A DNA stretch of 64,000 nucleotides from an uncultured Chloroflexia bacterium. Lineage in GTDB: Bacteria; Chloroflexota; Limnocylindria; Limnocylindrales; CSP1-4. Shown piece by piece: positions 19,865 through 30,070 of this stretch (position 1 is the stretch's first letter; each line of letters starts with the position of its first letter). A program made the position numbers and the translations under genes. Where the stretch lies: assembly GCA_963768655.1 (NCBI GenBank), contig CAVYIM010000003.1:416001-480000 (forward strand), written 5' to 3'. The notes beneath the pieces are model-generated. The model saw only the letters and a list, made by a program, of their open reading frames with translations. It made no database searches and was not told where the DNA came from.

Positions 19865-21142
19865 TCAGCCGGCCGAATGGATCGGCAGTTCGATGCGGAT
19901 GGCGGTGCCGCCCTCCGCCGGGCGTTCGGCGCGGATCGTGCCGCCGTGGGCCTCGACGAGGCGGCGTGCGATCGCCAGTCCGAGACCCGAGCCGCGCAAT
20001 TCGGCCGACTTGGCGAAGCGGTCGAACAGGTGTGGCAGCACCTCCGGCGCAATGCCGGGCCCGCGGTCCACGACCGAGAGCGTGACGCGATCGGCGCCAC
20101 CTTCCGCGGAGACGAGGACGTCGCTGCCGGCTGGGGCATACCGCAGCGCGTTGGCGACGACGTTGCCCAGTACCTGGCGGATGCGCAGCGGGTCGAGCTC
20201 CACGAGCGGCAGGTCGTCGGGCATCGCCACGCGCAGATGCGCCCCGGCCCCGGCCGCAATGGACTCGAACGAGGTGGCGACGTCCTGCACGAGGACCGAC
20301 AGGTCGGTCGTCTCGCGGTGAAGGGGGAGGGTGCCGGCCTCCGCGAGCGCCAGCGTCCGGAGATCCTCGACGAGTCCGGTCAGCATCCGGATCTCCTCCA
20401 CCGCGGCCGAAAGGTGCGCCTCGTCGGTCGGGTGGACACCATCGATCATCGCCTCGAGCTCGCCCTGCAGGACCGCCAGCGGCGTCCGCAGCTCGTGGCT
20501 CACGTCGGCGAGCAGGGTGCGGCGCTGGCGCTCGTCCTCCTCGAGTCGGGCGGCCATGGCGTTGAAAGCCTGAACCACCGCCCGGAGCTCGCGTGGGCCG
20601 TGGGCGTAGGCGGGGACCCGGGCCGAATAGTCGCCAGCCTCCAGGCGGCCGGCCGCCTCGATGAGATCGCCGAACGGAAGGGCGAAGCGTCGCGCGCTGC
20701 TGGCGGTTCCGGCGATGGCCACTATGAGGAAGATCAGGACCCCGGCGGCCAGCAGGCCCGTGCTCGCGCCCGGCAGGCCCAGGGCGGTCAGGATCAGGGT
20801 CAGGACGATCAGCGGGCCGACGATGATCAGAACGAACAGGAGGAAGACGAGGATCGCGAAGCGGATGAAGAAGCGCCGTCTTACGCGGTGCCAGGGGAAC
20901 TCGCCCTGCGGCGGCCACGGCTCGTCGGCGGGCCACCAGCCGGGCCGTGCGCGACGCTGGGCGCGCCACTGTCGGCGCGCCGCCCGCAGACGCTCTCGTT
21001 CCGTGAGGATTCGGTCGCCGCGGTGCGGGTCTCCGTGGCCGGGCCTGCGGCTCGGGCGGCCGTGGCCTCCACCGAGCGGCGGCTCGGCCCGCCATCGATC
21101 CTCGCTCGTGCTGTCCGGCCCGTCGCCGGCCGGACCGGTCAC
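19865..21142 (-). CDS. Sensor histidine kinase (HAMP-HisKA-HATPase, BaeS-like)
   Basis: Two adjacent TMs, HAMP, DVSHELRTPL, NVVANALRY, DRGPGI, GSGLGL. Confidence 0.94.
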   Translation of the reverse strand: MTGPAGDGPDSTSEDRWRAEPPLGGGHGRPSRRPGHGDPHRGDRILTERERLRAARRQWRAQRRARPGWWPADEPWPPQGEFPWHRVRRRFFIRFAILVFLLFVLIIVGPLIVLTLILTALGLPGASTGLLAAGVLIFLIVAIAGTASSARRFALPFGDLIEAAGRLEAGDYSARVPAYAHGPRELRAVVQAFNAMAARLEEDERQRRTLLADVSHELRTPLAVLQGELEAMIDGVHPTDEAHLSAAVEEIRMLTGLVEDLRTLALAEAGTLPLHRETTDLSVLVQDVATSFESIAAGAGAHLRVAMPDDLPLVELDPLRIRQVLGNVVANALRYAPAGSDVLVSAEGGADRVTLSVVDRGPGIAPEVLPHLFDRFAKSAELRGSGLGLAIARRLVEAHGGTIRAERPAEGGTAIRIELPIHSAG

Positions 21143-21825
21143 TCCGGCTCCTCGGCGAAGCGGTAGCCGACGCCGTAGACCGTCTGGACGTAGCGCGGCC
21201 GGCTCGGGTCCGGCTCGAGCTTGCGGCGCAGGTTCTTCACGTGGGCGTCGATCGCCCGCTCGTACGACTCGAAAGCGAGGCCGTGGATAGCGTCGAGCAG
21301 CTGCGAGCGGGTGAAGATGCGACCGGGCTGTCGAGCCAGGGCAACCAGCAGCTGAAACTCGGTCGGAGTTAGCTCGACGGTCCGCCCTTCGACCTCGACC
21401 CGCATTCGAGTGATGTCGATCGAGACGCCCGAGGCCACGATTCGATCGCCCGGTTCCGTTGCCCGGTCGATCCGTCGCAGGATCGCCCGAATCCTGGCCA
21501 CGAGCTCACGCGGGCTGAACGGCTTGGTCACGTAGTCGTCCGCGCCGATCTCCAGGCCGAGCACGCGATCCAGCTCGTCGTCGCGGGCGGTGAGCATCAC
21601 GATCGGCACCGAGGACTCGCGGCGCAGCGTACGAGCCACGTCCAGGCCGTCCATCCCGGGCAGGCCCAGGTCCAGGACCAGGACGTCGGGCTTCTGAGTG
21701 CGCGCGGCCCTCAACGCCGACGGTCCGTCGACCGCCGTCAGCACGGCGAAGCCGGCATGCTCGAGGTAGTCGCGAGCAAGCTCCACGATGCGCGGTTCGT
21801 CGTCGACGACCAGGACGGTTCTCAC
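21139..21825 (-). CDS. OmpR/PhoB family response regulator
   Basis: VLVVDDE, LDLGLPGMDG, GADDYVTKPFSPREL, winged helix LTPTEF..RAIDAHVKNLRRK..TVYGVGY. Confidence 0.96.
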   Translation of the reverse strand: MRTVLVVDDEPRIVELARDYLEHAGFAVLTAVDGPSALRAARTQKPDVLVLDLGLPGMDGLDVARTLRRESSVPIVMLTARDDELDRVLGLEIGADDYVTKPFSPRELVARIRAILRRIDRATEPGDRIVASGVSIDITRMRVEVEGRTVELTPTEFQLLVALARQPGRIFTRSQLLDAIHGLAFESYERAIDAHVKNLRRKLEPDPSRPRYVQTVYGVGYRFAEEPE

Positions 21826-21965
21826 GGCGGTCTCATCGTACGGCGCGGCGTAACGAGACGGTGGCCACGCCGATCAGGAGCCCGGCGCGGCAGAGGCGCG
21901 GGTCAGGAGCCCGGCACGCCGGACTCCTGACTTCCGGCCCTCGTTCGCCGCGGGTATGGACCCGC

Positions 21966-22442
21966 TCAGCGAGATTCCCCGCCGATGGGGGAGCCGGCGG
22001 TCGCGGTCGGTCCAGCGGGGGAGCCGCCAGGCGTCTGGCCCGACTGCTCTTCGTGCGCGCGGCGATGCCACTCGTCGAACGCGGCCCGGCGGGCCGCGTG
22101 CCAGGGTCCGCCGTGCCAGCGCTCTTCGCGCCAGCCCGGTCCAGCCGGGTCGCCGGGTCCACCCGGGCCGCCTCGGCCGCGGCGGTCCCAGCCGCGGTAG
22201 GCGTGGCCCCAGAACGCGAACCGCAGCACCCGGAAGATCACCATCAGGATGAGGACCGCGACGATCAGGCCGACGATGCCGGAGACGCCGAAGGCGCCGC
22301 CGGACACCCACGGCGAGACGTTCGTCGCGCTCGTCCCGGCGCCGGCCACAAAGCCGGCGCTGTAGGCGCCAGCCGTCAACCCGGCGATCACACCGATCAC
22401 CAGCAGAGTGCCAAGAAGGCGAAAGCCGCCTCCAATTCTCAT
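21966..22442 (-). CDS. Small membrane protein upstream of the two-component system
   Basis: AGGAG RBS before ATG 22442; two hydrophobic segments; C-terminal FDEWHRRAH motif. Confidence 0.75.
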   Translation of the reverse strand: MRIGGGFRLLGTLLVIGVIAGLTAGAYSAGFVAGAGTSATNVSPWVSGGAFGVSGIVGLIVAVLILMVIFRVLRFAFWGHAYRGWDRRGRGGPGGPGDPAGPGWREERWHGGPWHAARRAAFDEWHRRAHEEQSGQTPGGSPAGPTATAGSPIGGESR

Positions 22443-22518
22443 TTCATCTCCTATCGGTGCGCACCCGAGTCGGACGGTCTGCTTGCTGGCCGGGTGCGCC
22501 TGGCCAACATCGACTATC

Positions 22519-22550
22519 AGGCTGAGCGGCGGCTGTGAAGGAGTCGTGAA
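22519..22550 (-). promoter_or_regulatory. Direct repeat TTCAC-N6-TTCAC followed by N10-CAGCCT
   Basis: 11-bp period repeat; same spacing to a NANNNT hexamer as at htrA. Confidence 0.55.
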
Positions 22551-22736
22551 TGCCGGCCGGAGGAGTGGTGACAACGGCGGGCGGTGGTCGAAAGCGTGAT
22601 CCTGCCGCGCGCGGCAGGATGGGCGTCGGCCGCCGGGCCCAGTGAGGCGGAATGCGACGGTCGCCGCCCTGGCCCGGTCGATGCCTCTCGAGAAGTTGAG
22701 CGTCGAGGTCGCGGGCGCCGGGATCGCTCGCTCGGG

Positions 22737-24413
22737 TCAGGCCACGTCGCGCCGCGTCATGCCCCACGCGCCGAGCAAGACCCCGCCCACGGCGATGACG
22801 ACGCACGCTACGATCCCGGCAGGATCCCAGATGCCGATCATCGGCTTGCCCATGTGAGCCGTCAGAGCGAGCTGGTGGACCCAGTCCGGCAGCCGCAGCG
22901 CCGGCGCCAGCAGGTCGATCAGGAACGTGGCCGTGACCACGACCGATGTGATCTCCGCGGCGAGCGACGTCCGCCAGAGACCGCCAACGGCGATGCCCAC
23001 GCCCACCATCGCAGCGGCATACAGGCCCAGGACCAACGTGCCCGACACGGCGCCACCGGTCTGAATGCCGGCTGACGCGGCGCCGAGGCCGATCCCCAGC
23101 GCGAGTCCCGCGGTCAAGATGACTATCGCGGCGAAGGCCCCCAGGCCGCCGCCGATGACCCAGCGACTGCGGGCAAGAGGCGTGCCCAGGAGCATCTCCA
23201 GTCGGCCTTCAGTCTCGTCGGATGCCCACTTGGCCACCAGAGTCGCGCCAGCGTACCCGGCGATGATGAACAGCATTTGAGCGTAGAGCTGCAGGAAGTC
23301 GCCGGCCCTGGAGAGGTCGTAGCCGGGAAACATGGTGTTGATGATGTCTCTGAAGCTGGGCGTCGAGGCCATCTGGCTGGACAGCGAGCCGACCATGGCC
23401 GCCAGCACCGCTCCGAAGAGACCCAGGCCAACGCCCCAGGCCAGCGCTCGCGGCAACTGGTCGCCAAAGGCGCGGCGCGCAGGGCCGCCGACGCCGAGCG
23501 TCGCGGCGGGCAGCCCGGGGGCGGAGAGGCCGGCGGTCACCCCGAGGTCTCGTCGCGCGAATATCTCCACTCCGGCCACGAGAAGGATCGCCGCCACCAC
23601 GCCGACCAGCGCGAGCGCGGGCCAGTCGTACTGGCCGACCAGCGCGACGTGGTTTGCCGTCCAGTGGAAGGGGCTGAAGAAGGCGATGGGGGCGAGCGCG
23701 GAGTAGCCGTTCGACACCCACGAGACGACCAACGCCGCACCGGCGACCCCCGCTGATCCGGAGCGACCCAGGAGCGGGGCCAGCGCAAATGCCAGTCCGC
23801 CGAAGGCGAGGCCGATGAAGCCGACCCACAGCGCGAAGCCGACTGCGGAGAGGGGCGGGATCGCATCGCCCAGGGAGGCGTCGCCGTAGATAGTGGCGCC
23901 GACCCATGCGCAGACGGCGAGGATGGCCATGGCCAGCCCCACCATCGTCAGATGCGCAGTCAGCTTCTCGATTGCCAGTCGCCGCTTGCCGAACGGGGCC
24001 GAGGCGACGAAGTCCAGGCTTCCCCTGTTGGCTTCACCGGCCAGCGTCCCTGACAGGGCCAGGATGGACCAGAGCCCGGTCCCCAGGGCAAAGAACGGTC
24101 CGTACTTCCAGCTCATCACGCCGCCCAGGGTCCCCACCTTGACGGGGTTGCCGAAGAGGCCGGACATGGATGATGGGATGGTGGCGATGAGCTTGTCGAC
24201 TTCCAGGCGCGACTCGGGGGTCGGGAAGACGCTTCCCACCGCCGCCGCAGCCACGAGCATCATCCCGCCCAGAACCCCGGCGGCGATGATGAAGGCCAGG
24301 CGCGAGTCGCGAATGGTCTTGCCATAGATGCTGCCGAAGCCGTAGAGACGGCTCCACGCCGAAATGTGCGCGACCCGCCGAAGCGGCGGGCTGCCTGCCT
24401 GGACGGCCATCAC
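22737..24413 (-). CDS. ABC-2 type exporter permease (duplicated permease domain)
   Basis: About 12 TMs; two homologous halves with GEANRGSLDF and SDETEGRLEM motifs; overlaps the ATPase stop. Confidence 0.88.
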   Translation of the reverse strand: MMAVQAGSPPLRRVAHISAWSRLYGFGSIYGKTIRDSRLAFIIAAGVLGGMMLVAAAAVGSVFPTPESRLEVDKLIATIPSSMSGLFGNPVKVGTLGGVMSWKYGPFFALGTGLWSILALSGTLAGEANRGSLDFVASAPFGKRRLAIEKLTAHLTMVGLAMAILAVCAWVGATIYGDASLGDAIPPLSAVGFALWVGFIGLAFGGLAFALAPLLGRSGSAGVAGAALVVSWVSNGYSALAPIAFFSPFHWTANHVALVGQYDWPALALVGVVAAILLVAGVEIFARRDLGVTAGLSAPGLPAATLGVGGPARRAFGDQLPRALAWGVGLGLFGAVLAAMVGSLSSQMASTPSFRDIINTMFPGYDLSRAGDFLQLYAQMLFIIAGYAGATLVAKWASDETEGRLEMLLGTPLARSRWVIGGGLGAFAAIVILTAGLALGIGLGAASAGIQTGGAVSGTLVLGLYAAAMVGVGIAVGGLWRTSLAAEITSVVVTATFLIDLLAPALRLPDWVHQLALTAHMGKPMIGIWDPAGIVACVVIAVGGVLLGAWGMTRRDVA

Positions 24414-25312
24414 TTCACCTCGGCCGATTCGCGGCCGTACTGGGCCAGGAACGTCTCCTCCAGGCTGGGCTCGCGGCTCAGGAAGTCGGTCACGCCCAGG
24501 CGGGCTGCCGCCTCGACCACGGGCGTGATCGAACCGAAGACCCGCAGCCGGAGGACGTGGTCCTCGACCTGGATGTCGCTGACCCCGGCCAGCTTCGCGA
24601 AGTCGGCTGCCGGCGGATCTCCGACGAAACGCAGCTCGACCTGGTGATGAGCCAGGTCGCGCAGGGCGTCGACCCGGGCGACCTGGACGAGGCGACCTTC
24701 TCGGATGATGGCCACGCGGTCGCAGCTCCGTTCGACCTCGCTCAGGATGTGGCTGGAGAGGAAGACTGTGCTGCCGTCCGTGACGGCCTCGCGCATCACC
24801 GAGAAGAAGGTCTGCTGGACGAGCGGGTCCAGCCCGGCCGTGGGCTCGTCCAGGAGGAGCAACTCGGGCTTGTGCTGGAGTGCGGCCACCAGGCCGACCT
24901 TCTGCTTGTTGCCCTTGGAATACTCGCGGTACCGGCGGCTCGGGTCCAGGTCGAAGCGTTCGATCAGCGACGCCTGGTAGACGCGGTCCACGCCGCCGCG
25001 CAGGTTGCCGAAGTAGTCGAGGGTCTGGCCGCCGGTCAGTCGATCGTACAGAGCGAACTCTCCCGGCAGATAGCCGAGCCGCCTATGGATCGCCGCCGGG
25101 TCGGCCGAAGACTCGATGTCGAAGAGAAAGGCCTTGCCGCTGGTCGGCCGGATCAGGTCCAGCATGGTCCGGATCGTCGTCGTCTTGCCGGCGCCGTTGG
25201 GCCCGAGAAAGCCGAAGACCTCGCCCTTCTCGACGTCCAGGTCCACATCGACAATTCCGCGGTGCGAACCGTAGAACTTGGTGAGCTTCTCGGTCCGAAT
25301 TACGGCGGCCAT
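24410..25312 (-). CDS. ABC transporter ATP-binding protein
   Basis: GPNGAGKTT, YSKGNKQK, LLLDEPTAGLD, SSH. Confidence 0.95.
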   Translation of the reverse strand: MAAVIRTEKLTKFYGSHRGIVDVDLDVEKGEVFGFLGPNGAGKTTTIRTMLDLIRPTSGKAFLFDIESSADPAAIHRRLGYLPGEFALYDRLTGGQTLDYFGNLRGGVDRVYQASLIERFDLDPSRRYREYSKGNKQKVGLVAALQHKPELLLLDEPTAGLDPLVQQTFFSVMREAVTDGSTVFLSSHILSEVERSCDRVAIIREGRLVQVARVDALRDLAHHQVELRFVGDPPAADFAKLAGVSDIQVEDHVLRLRVFGSITPVVEAAARLGVTDFLSREPSLEETFLAQYGRESAEVK

Positions 25313-25681
25313 GTGCTCTCTCCGAACGAACAGTCGACATCCGAATTCTCGTCCTTTCCGAAATCCCGGTCCATGACGCAGGCGCGCCCGAACTGGGTGG
25401 CAGGAGCGATCTCCCTCGGGCCGAGCCCGGTCGAGCGCCCGGGGATGCGGGTCCCGAGGGCCGTCGAAAAGATGTGGCTATCGGATCGCCGGGCCTGACT
25501 CGCTCCGGTGCGCAAACGCGCCAGAGATTCGCCGCGCCCGCTCCAAGCCCGCGGTGTCACGGCCTCAGCTCGCCCCGCGCCGGCCTGCGGCCCTCTTGCG
25601 GTGAGAAAGCAACGGGGTAGGATGCAGCGGGATGCGTTGAGGTAGGCGCGTCCTGTTGTTGTCTCGGCGGAAGGAGCCGGT

Positions 25682-27655
25682 GTGATCACGGGGGATGGCA
25701 AGGCGGGCTGGCGAGCCAGGCTGGTAGTCGAGATCAGCACGATCGACACCAGGATTCTGTGGGCCGCGGGTGCGGCCCTGTTGGTCGTGGCCGCCATCGC
25801 GACCGCCGCCAATGCGCTCGATCTGGCCATAGCGGGTGCCGCCACGACGGTCGTGGCTGTAGCCGCGGCCGATCTGGGCCTCGCGCTTCTGGCCCTCGGG
25901 TGGCTGGCTCCGAGCGAACCCGCGACGGGAGCGGCCGCGGACGAGATCGCGGCGCCCGTGGCTGAACCGGCGCCGGCGACTTCGTCTTCGGACGTCGGTA
26001 CGGTCGAGCCCGAGCCCGTCGCCGCCCGCCGCAAAGCGGGCGGCCGAGCCCGTGTCCGGATGGAGCCCGCCGACGAGAAGCGGTACCGCGAGCTCGCCGT
26101 ATTTGCCGGGCGCGGCCCTGTGCCGCAATCGGCTCTCGAGGCGCTCTGGGGATCGCAGGGTCTATCGCCAGAGAGAATCATGCAGTTCATCGGCCGGCTG
26201 GTCGAGCGTTCGCTCGTGCGGCCCGGGAACGATGGCACCGTCATCGTCGACGAGCAGGCCGATGCGGCTGGCGCCGATTCGGCCGCCAGCCGGAAGACGG
26301 CTGCGACGACCCACGGGCGGCTCGTCGACGGCTACCAGTCCCGCTGCCCGGGTGGAGCATGGTGGCGGGGTCCGAACGACGGCTACTTCTTCGAGAACAT
26401 CGCCTACCACATGGCGGGGGCCAACAGAGCCCGCGAACTGAACGGCTTGCTCCTCGACTACGACTGGCTCCGCGCCAAGCTGGCCGTCAGCGGCATCATT
26501 CGCCTGCTCGCCGACTTCGCCTGTCAACCACTGCCACCCGACGCCGAAGCGGTGGACAAGGCGCTCGTGAGCTCGGCGGCATGTCTGGCCGCCCGTCCCG
26601 ATCGGCTGGCCTCGCTGCTGGCCGGCCGGCTCATCGGCCTTTCAAGCCCCGGGATCGATCGCCTGCTCGATCAGGTGCGCGAGCGGGCCCCGAGGCCCTG
26701 GATCTGCCCGCTCGCCTCAGCCGCCAAGGCATCGGCCAAGTCGCCGCGCGGCGCGATGCCCCGTCACGACGGCGCGGTGCGCGCGCTGGCGGTCACGCCC
26801 GATGGTCGCCGCCTCGTGACGGGCGGCGATGACCACGCCATCCGTATCTGGGATCTGGCAAGTGGCCGGCAGGAGCGCACGCTGCAGGGGCATATCGATT
26901 CGGTGCGGGCGGTGGCGGTCACTCCCGATGGCCGGCGTATCATCTCCGGCGGCACGTACGACGTCGTCAGAGTCTGGGATCTCAGGACCGGTCTGCTCGT
27001 GCACACACTTGCGGCCCAGGCCGGATGCCGCGCCATCTATGCGGTTGCCGTGACGAAGGATGGCCGGCGGGCCGTGTGGGCTGGCGCGGGCTCCTCGATC
27101 CAGGTCTGGGACCTCGCGGGCGGTCGGGCCGAGCACACGCTCATGAGCCGGGATGGCAACGTTCGAGCCCTGGCGATCACACCGGACGGCAAGTTCGCAC
27201 TCTCGGGCGGCGACGGCGGCATCGTCCAGGTTTGGGACCTCGGTACCGGCCTCCTGGCGCGGGCGTTGGACGGCCACGCCAGCCCCGTGCTGGCCATCGC
27301 TGTCACGCCCGATGGACGCCGGGTCGTCTCGGGCGGCCACGACAACACGGTTCAGGTTTGGGACCTGGCCAGCGGCCGGCTGGAACTGATGCTGTGGGGT
27401 CACACCGGCCCGGTCGACGCGGTGGCGGTGACTCCGGACGGCAAGCGGGTCCTCTCCGGCGGCCTCGACCGGACGGTGCGGATGTGGGACCTGTCCGACG
27501 GTCGCGAGATTGCCTCGTGGAGCCCCGAACCCGGGTCGGAAGATAAGCCCGATCCTGCCGTCACGACTTTCTGCTCGGTCCCCGGCGGCCCGCCGCAGGT
27601 CGCCTGCGGCGACTCGGCCGGCTACATCCGGATCCTTCGCCTGCTCGAGGCTTAG
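25682..27655 (+). CDS. Membrane-anchored winged-helix / APAF-1 helical / WD40 protein lacking an NTPase
   Basis: AAGGAG RBS; two N-terminal hydrophobic helices; YRELAVF..LEALW..LVERSLV; YFFENIAYH..LLLDYDWLRAKL; six clear WD40 repeats plus one degenerate. Confidence 0.82.
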   Translation: MITGDGKAGWRARLVVEISTIDTRILWAAGAALLVVAAIATAANALDLAIAGAATTVVAVAAADLGLALLALGWLAPSEPATGAAADEIAAPVAEPAPATSSSDVGTVEPEPVAARRKAGGRARVRMEPADEKRYRELAVFAGRGPVPQSALEALWGSQGLSPERIMQFIGRLVERSLVRPGNDGTVIVDEQADAAGADSAASRKTAATTHGRLVDGYQSRCPGGAWWRGPNDGYFFENIAYHMAGANRARELNGLLLDYDWLRAKLAVSGIIRLLADFACQPLPPDAEAVDKALVSSAACLAARPDRLASLLAGRLIGLSSPGIDRLLDQVRERAPRPWICPLASAAKASAKSPRGAMPRHDGAVRALAVTPDGRRLVTGGDDHAIRIWDLASGRQERTLQGHIDSVRAVAVTPDGRRIISGGTYDVVRVWDLRTGLLVHTLAAQAGCRAIYAVAVTKDGRRAVWAGAGSSIQVWDLAGGRAEHTLMSRDGNVRALAITPDGKFALSGGDGGIVQVWDLGTGLLARALDGHASPVLAIAVTPDGRRVVSGGHDNTVQVWDLASGRLELMLWGHTGPVDAVAVTPDGKRVLSGGLDRTVRMWDLSDGREIASWSPEPGSEDKPDPAVTTFCSVPGGPPQVACGDSAGYIRILRLLEA

Positions 27656-27808
27656 GCCGGGCGGCGCCGTACAGCAACGTCATCCCGGCCGGCCGGCCGA
27701 AGCCGCGGCCGCCGCGCAGTCCGTCGGCGGCCGGCGCCGACCCGCGGCACGCCGCGTGGAGCGTCACGGCTAACATGGACCCGTCGGAGCAGCCAGTGGG
27801 AGAGAGGC

Positions 27809-28243
27809 ATGATCGACGAGTCCACCGCTGTTGGAGCGCGTGTCCTGGAGCGGCTTCGCCGGGAGCGGGTCGTCTGGATGACCACCGTGGATCGAGGCGC
27901 GCCGCAGCCGGCGCCGGTCTGGTTCCTGTACGAGCGCGGCGTGGAGGGCGAGCGGATCATCGTCTACAGCAAGACCAACGCTCGCCGCATCGCAAACATC
28001 ATGGCGGACGCCAAGGTCGCGCTGAACTTCAACTGCACGCCGGGCGGTGGGGACGTCGCGGTGATTCGCGGGTCGGCGCGGATAGCGCTGGAGTTGCCGC
28101 AGGTGCCCGAGTTCGAGGCCTACCGGGCCCGCTACCGCGATTGGATCGAGGAGGACAAGGCCTGGGGCGGAACCTTCGAAGGCTTCGCCGCGCAGTACTC
28201 GGTGCCGATCGAGATCACGGAGCTTGCCGTCTGGGGCTGGTAG
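27809..28243 (+). CDS. PPOX-class (pyridoxamine 5'-phosphate oxidase-like) probable F420-dependent protein
   Basis: VWMTTV..PQPAPVWF..RIANI...KVALNF, C-terminal YSVPI. Confidence 0.82.
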   Translation: MIDESTAVGARVLERLRRERVVWMTTVDRGAPQPAPVWFLYERGVEGERIIVYSKTNARRIANIMADAKVALNFNCTPGGGDVAVIRGSARIALELPQVPEFEAYRARYRDWIEEDKAWGGTFEGFAAQYSVPIEITELAVWGW

Positions 28244-28450
28244 CAGAGTCCGCGCGCCGGCCAGACCGGGAGGCGCTGTCCCGCCAGACGGGAAGCCCGG
28301 CCGCGTAATCTCGCGTTCGTCTCACCGCGCAGCCCGATCTGGCGGCTTGAAACCTGCGGCAGCCTGACCGACCGACAATCTCCCGGCCGCCGATCCCGGG
28401 CGTCCCACCGGTACGGCCGAAACCTTGATCTGCGGCGGGGAGGATCATCC

Positions 28451-29197
28451 ATGCATCTGCTGCAAAGGTTGCGTTTCGGATCGCGCCGTGGCGTCGCCAG
28501 TCTTCTCGTAGCGGCCGCGATCGCCATGCTGGTTGCCGGTTGTTCGGCCGGATCGCCCACGCCTGCGCCCGCAACGACAGATACGGTGGCCGGGGCCACG
28601 GCCACCGCGGCGGCGACCTCCCCAGCCACGCCGCCGGCTACCGACACGCAGCCGGCTACCGATACGCCGCTGGCCACTGGCACGGCGATGTCGACGCCGA
28701 TGTCGACGCCAACGCCCGCCGCCACGGCCAAACCCAAGCCCGCACCAACAGCCACGCCCCTGCCGCCACTGGCCGTCGGCCTGTGCAAGGGCTCTCAGCT
28801 GACGATGGCGATCACTCTTTGGGAGGGCGGCTCGGGCGATTCCTACGCTCACGTCACGGCCACCAACAAGTCGTCCTCGAGCTGCAACATGCGGGGCACG
28901 TCCGAGGCCCAGATCGTGGACGGCCACGGGCACGTCATCGCCGACGCTGGGCACTCCGCGGCCAAGGTGTCTTCGGGCGACCCGATCTACACGCTCAGCC
29001 CCGGCGGGGCGATCAACACCATCGTCGACTGGGGTAACTGGTGCAAGTCGAGCCCGGCGCAGAAGATCGCCGTGGCGATGGTCCAGCCGTTCGGTCTTGG
29101 GCGGTTCGTCTCGAAGCCGCTCGGGGACGGGCCGATCCCGATGTGCTACTCGACGAGCATGGCCACTCAGTTGAGCTCGGAGGCATGGCTGCCGTAG
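28451..29197 (+). CDS. DUF4232-like lipoprotein
   Basis: Lipobox VAGC, long A/T/P linker, CKGSQL..GGSG..TNKSSSSCNMRG..LSPG..WGNWC. Confidence 0.75.
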   Translation: MHLLQRLRFGSRRGVASLLVAAAIAMLVAGCSAGSPTPAPATTDTVAGATATAAATSPATPPATDTQPATDTPLATGTAMSTPMSTPTPAATAKPKPAPTATPLPPLAVGLCKGSQLTMAITLWEGGSGDSYAHVTATNKSSSSCNMRGTSEAQIVDGHGHVIADAGHSAAKVSSGDPIYTLSPGGAINTIVDWGNWCKSSPAQKIAVAMVQPFGLGRFVSKPLGDGPIPMCYSTSMATQLSSEAWLP

Positions 29198-29960
29198 ACG
29201 GCGCCGCAGGCGCGGCGGGCACTCGCCTCTCGCGGCCCACGCGACTTTCCCGCTGGACGAGCGCCGCTCTCTCGGCCCTCCGGCCGGAGGATCTTGTCCT
29301 GGCGGGCTGGGTCGCGCTGGCCAATCCGGTGCTGGCTCAGGCGCAGGGCAGTGGAGATCCGTTCGCGTCCGGCCGGCCGATCGACGGCCTGATCCGACTG
29401 GCGGGCGTCGCAGGCGCCCTGATCTGCCTCGGAACTCGCACCGCGGGCCGGCCGGCCGGCGCCGACCAATCGATCCTGACCGGGGGCGCCGCCGGACCTG
29501 CCGTGGGCGGGCTGATGCTCGTTGGAGCGAGCGGGCTGGCGGCCCTGGGACTTGCGCCGGAGGCCGCGTTCGTCCGCTCTTCGGAGTCGTTCTCCTGCTG
29601 GTCCTGCTTCGAGACCACCTGCCGGCCCTTCCGACGGCGACGCGCAGGGTGCTCATCACGCCGTTCGTGCTGGCCGCGGGCGGCATCTTATGGAGCTTCG
29701 TCCGGGGCATCACCGGAAGCGCGAGCGGAGGCGCGGGCTCGCTCGGCGACATCGCCTCGCTGTTGGCCCAGGCGCCGGCCGTCGCGCCGGTGCTCGGCCT
29801 CCTGGTCCTTGGCGCGGCCGTCTATTACGCCATGCTCGTTTACGCCCCGCGCCAGATAGCGGAGCGTGAGGGCGGGCCGCTCGCCTGGGCCGCCCGGTAT
29901 GCGCTCTTCCTGGCCAGCATCGGGCTTGGGTTCGGCTGGCTGGGGCTGCTGGGGTCGTAG
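29185..29960 (+). pseudogene. Polytopic membrane protein split by a 1-nt frameshift near 29572 (real or assembly error)
   Basis: Hydrophobic coding frame switches at gcg ttc gt ccg ctc ttc; adding one G gives a continuous AFGPLFGVVLLLVLL... protein. Confidence 0.7.
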
Positions 29961-30070
29961 GGCCGAACCTGCGGCGCTCGAACCCGCGGACGATCCCGGC
30001 GCCCGGCGCCCGGCGCCCAGCGCTGCTCTAGACTCTCGCCGCGACCCCCGAGTACTCCGGGGACGAGATC

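Noticed and set aside
18660-21095. 811-aa minus-strand ORF and many other long overlapping or antisense ORFs
   Set aside because: Shadow ORFs expected in very GC-rich DNA; low-complexity R/G/P/A composition and overlap with well-supported genes
26760-27500. Recurring DNA similarity at roughly 126-bp period
   Set aside because: Explained by WD40 coding repeats; not a CRISPR array or non-coding repeat
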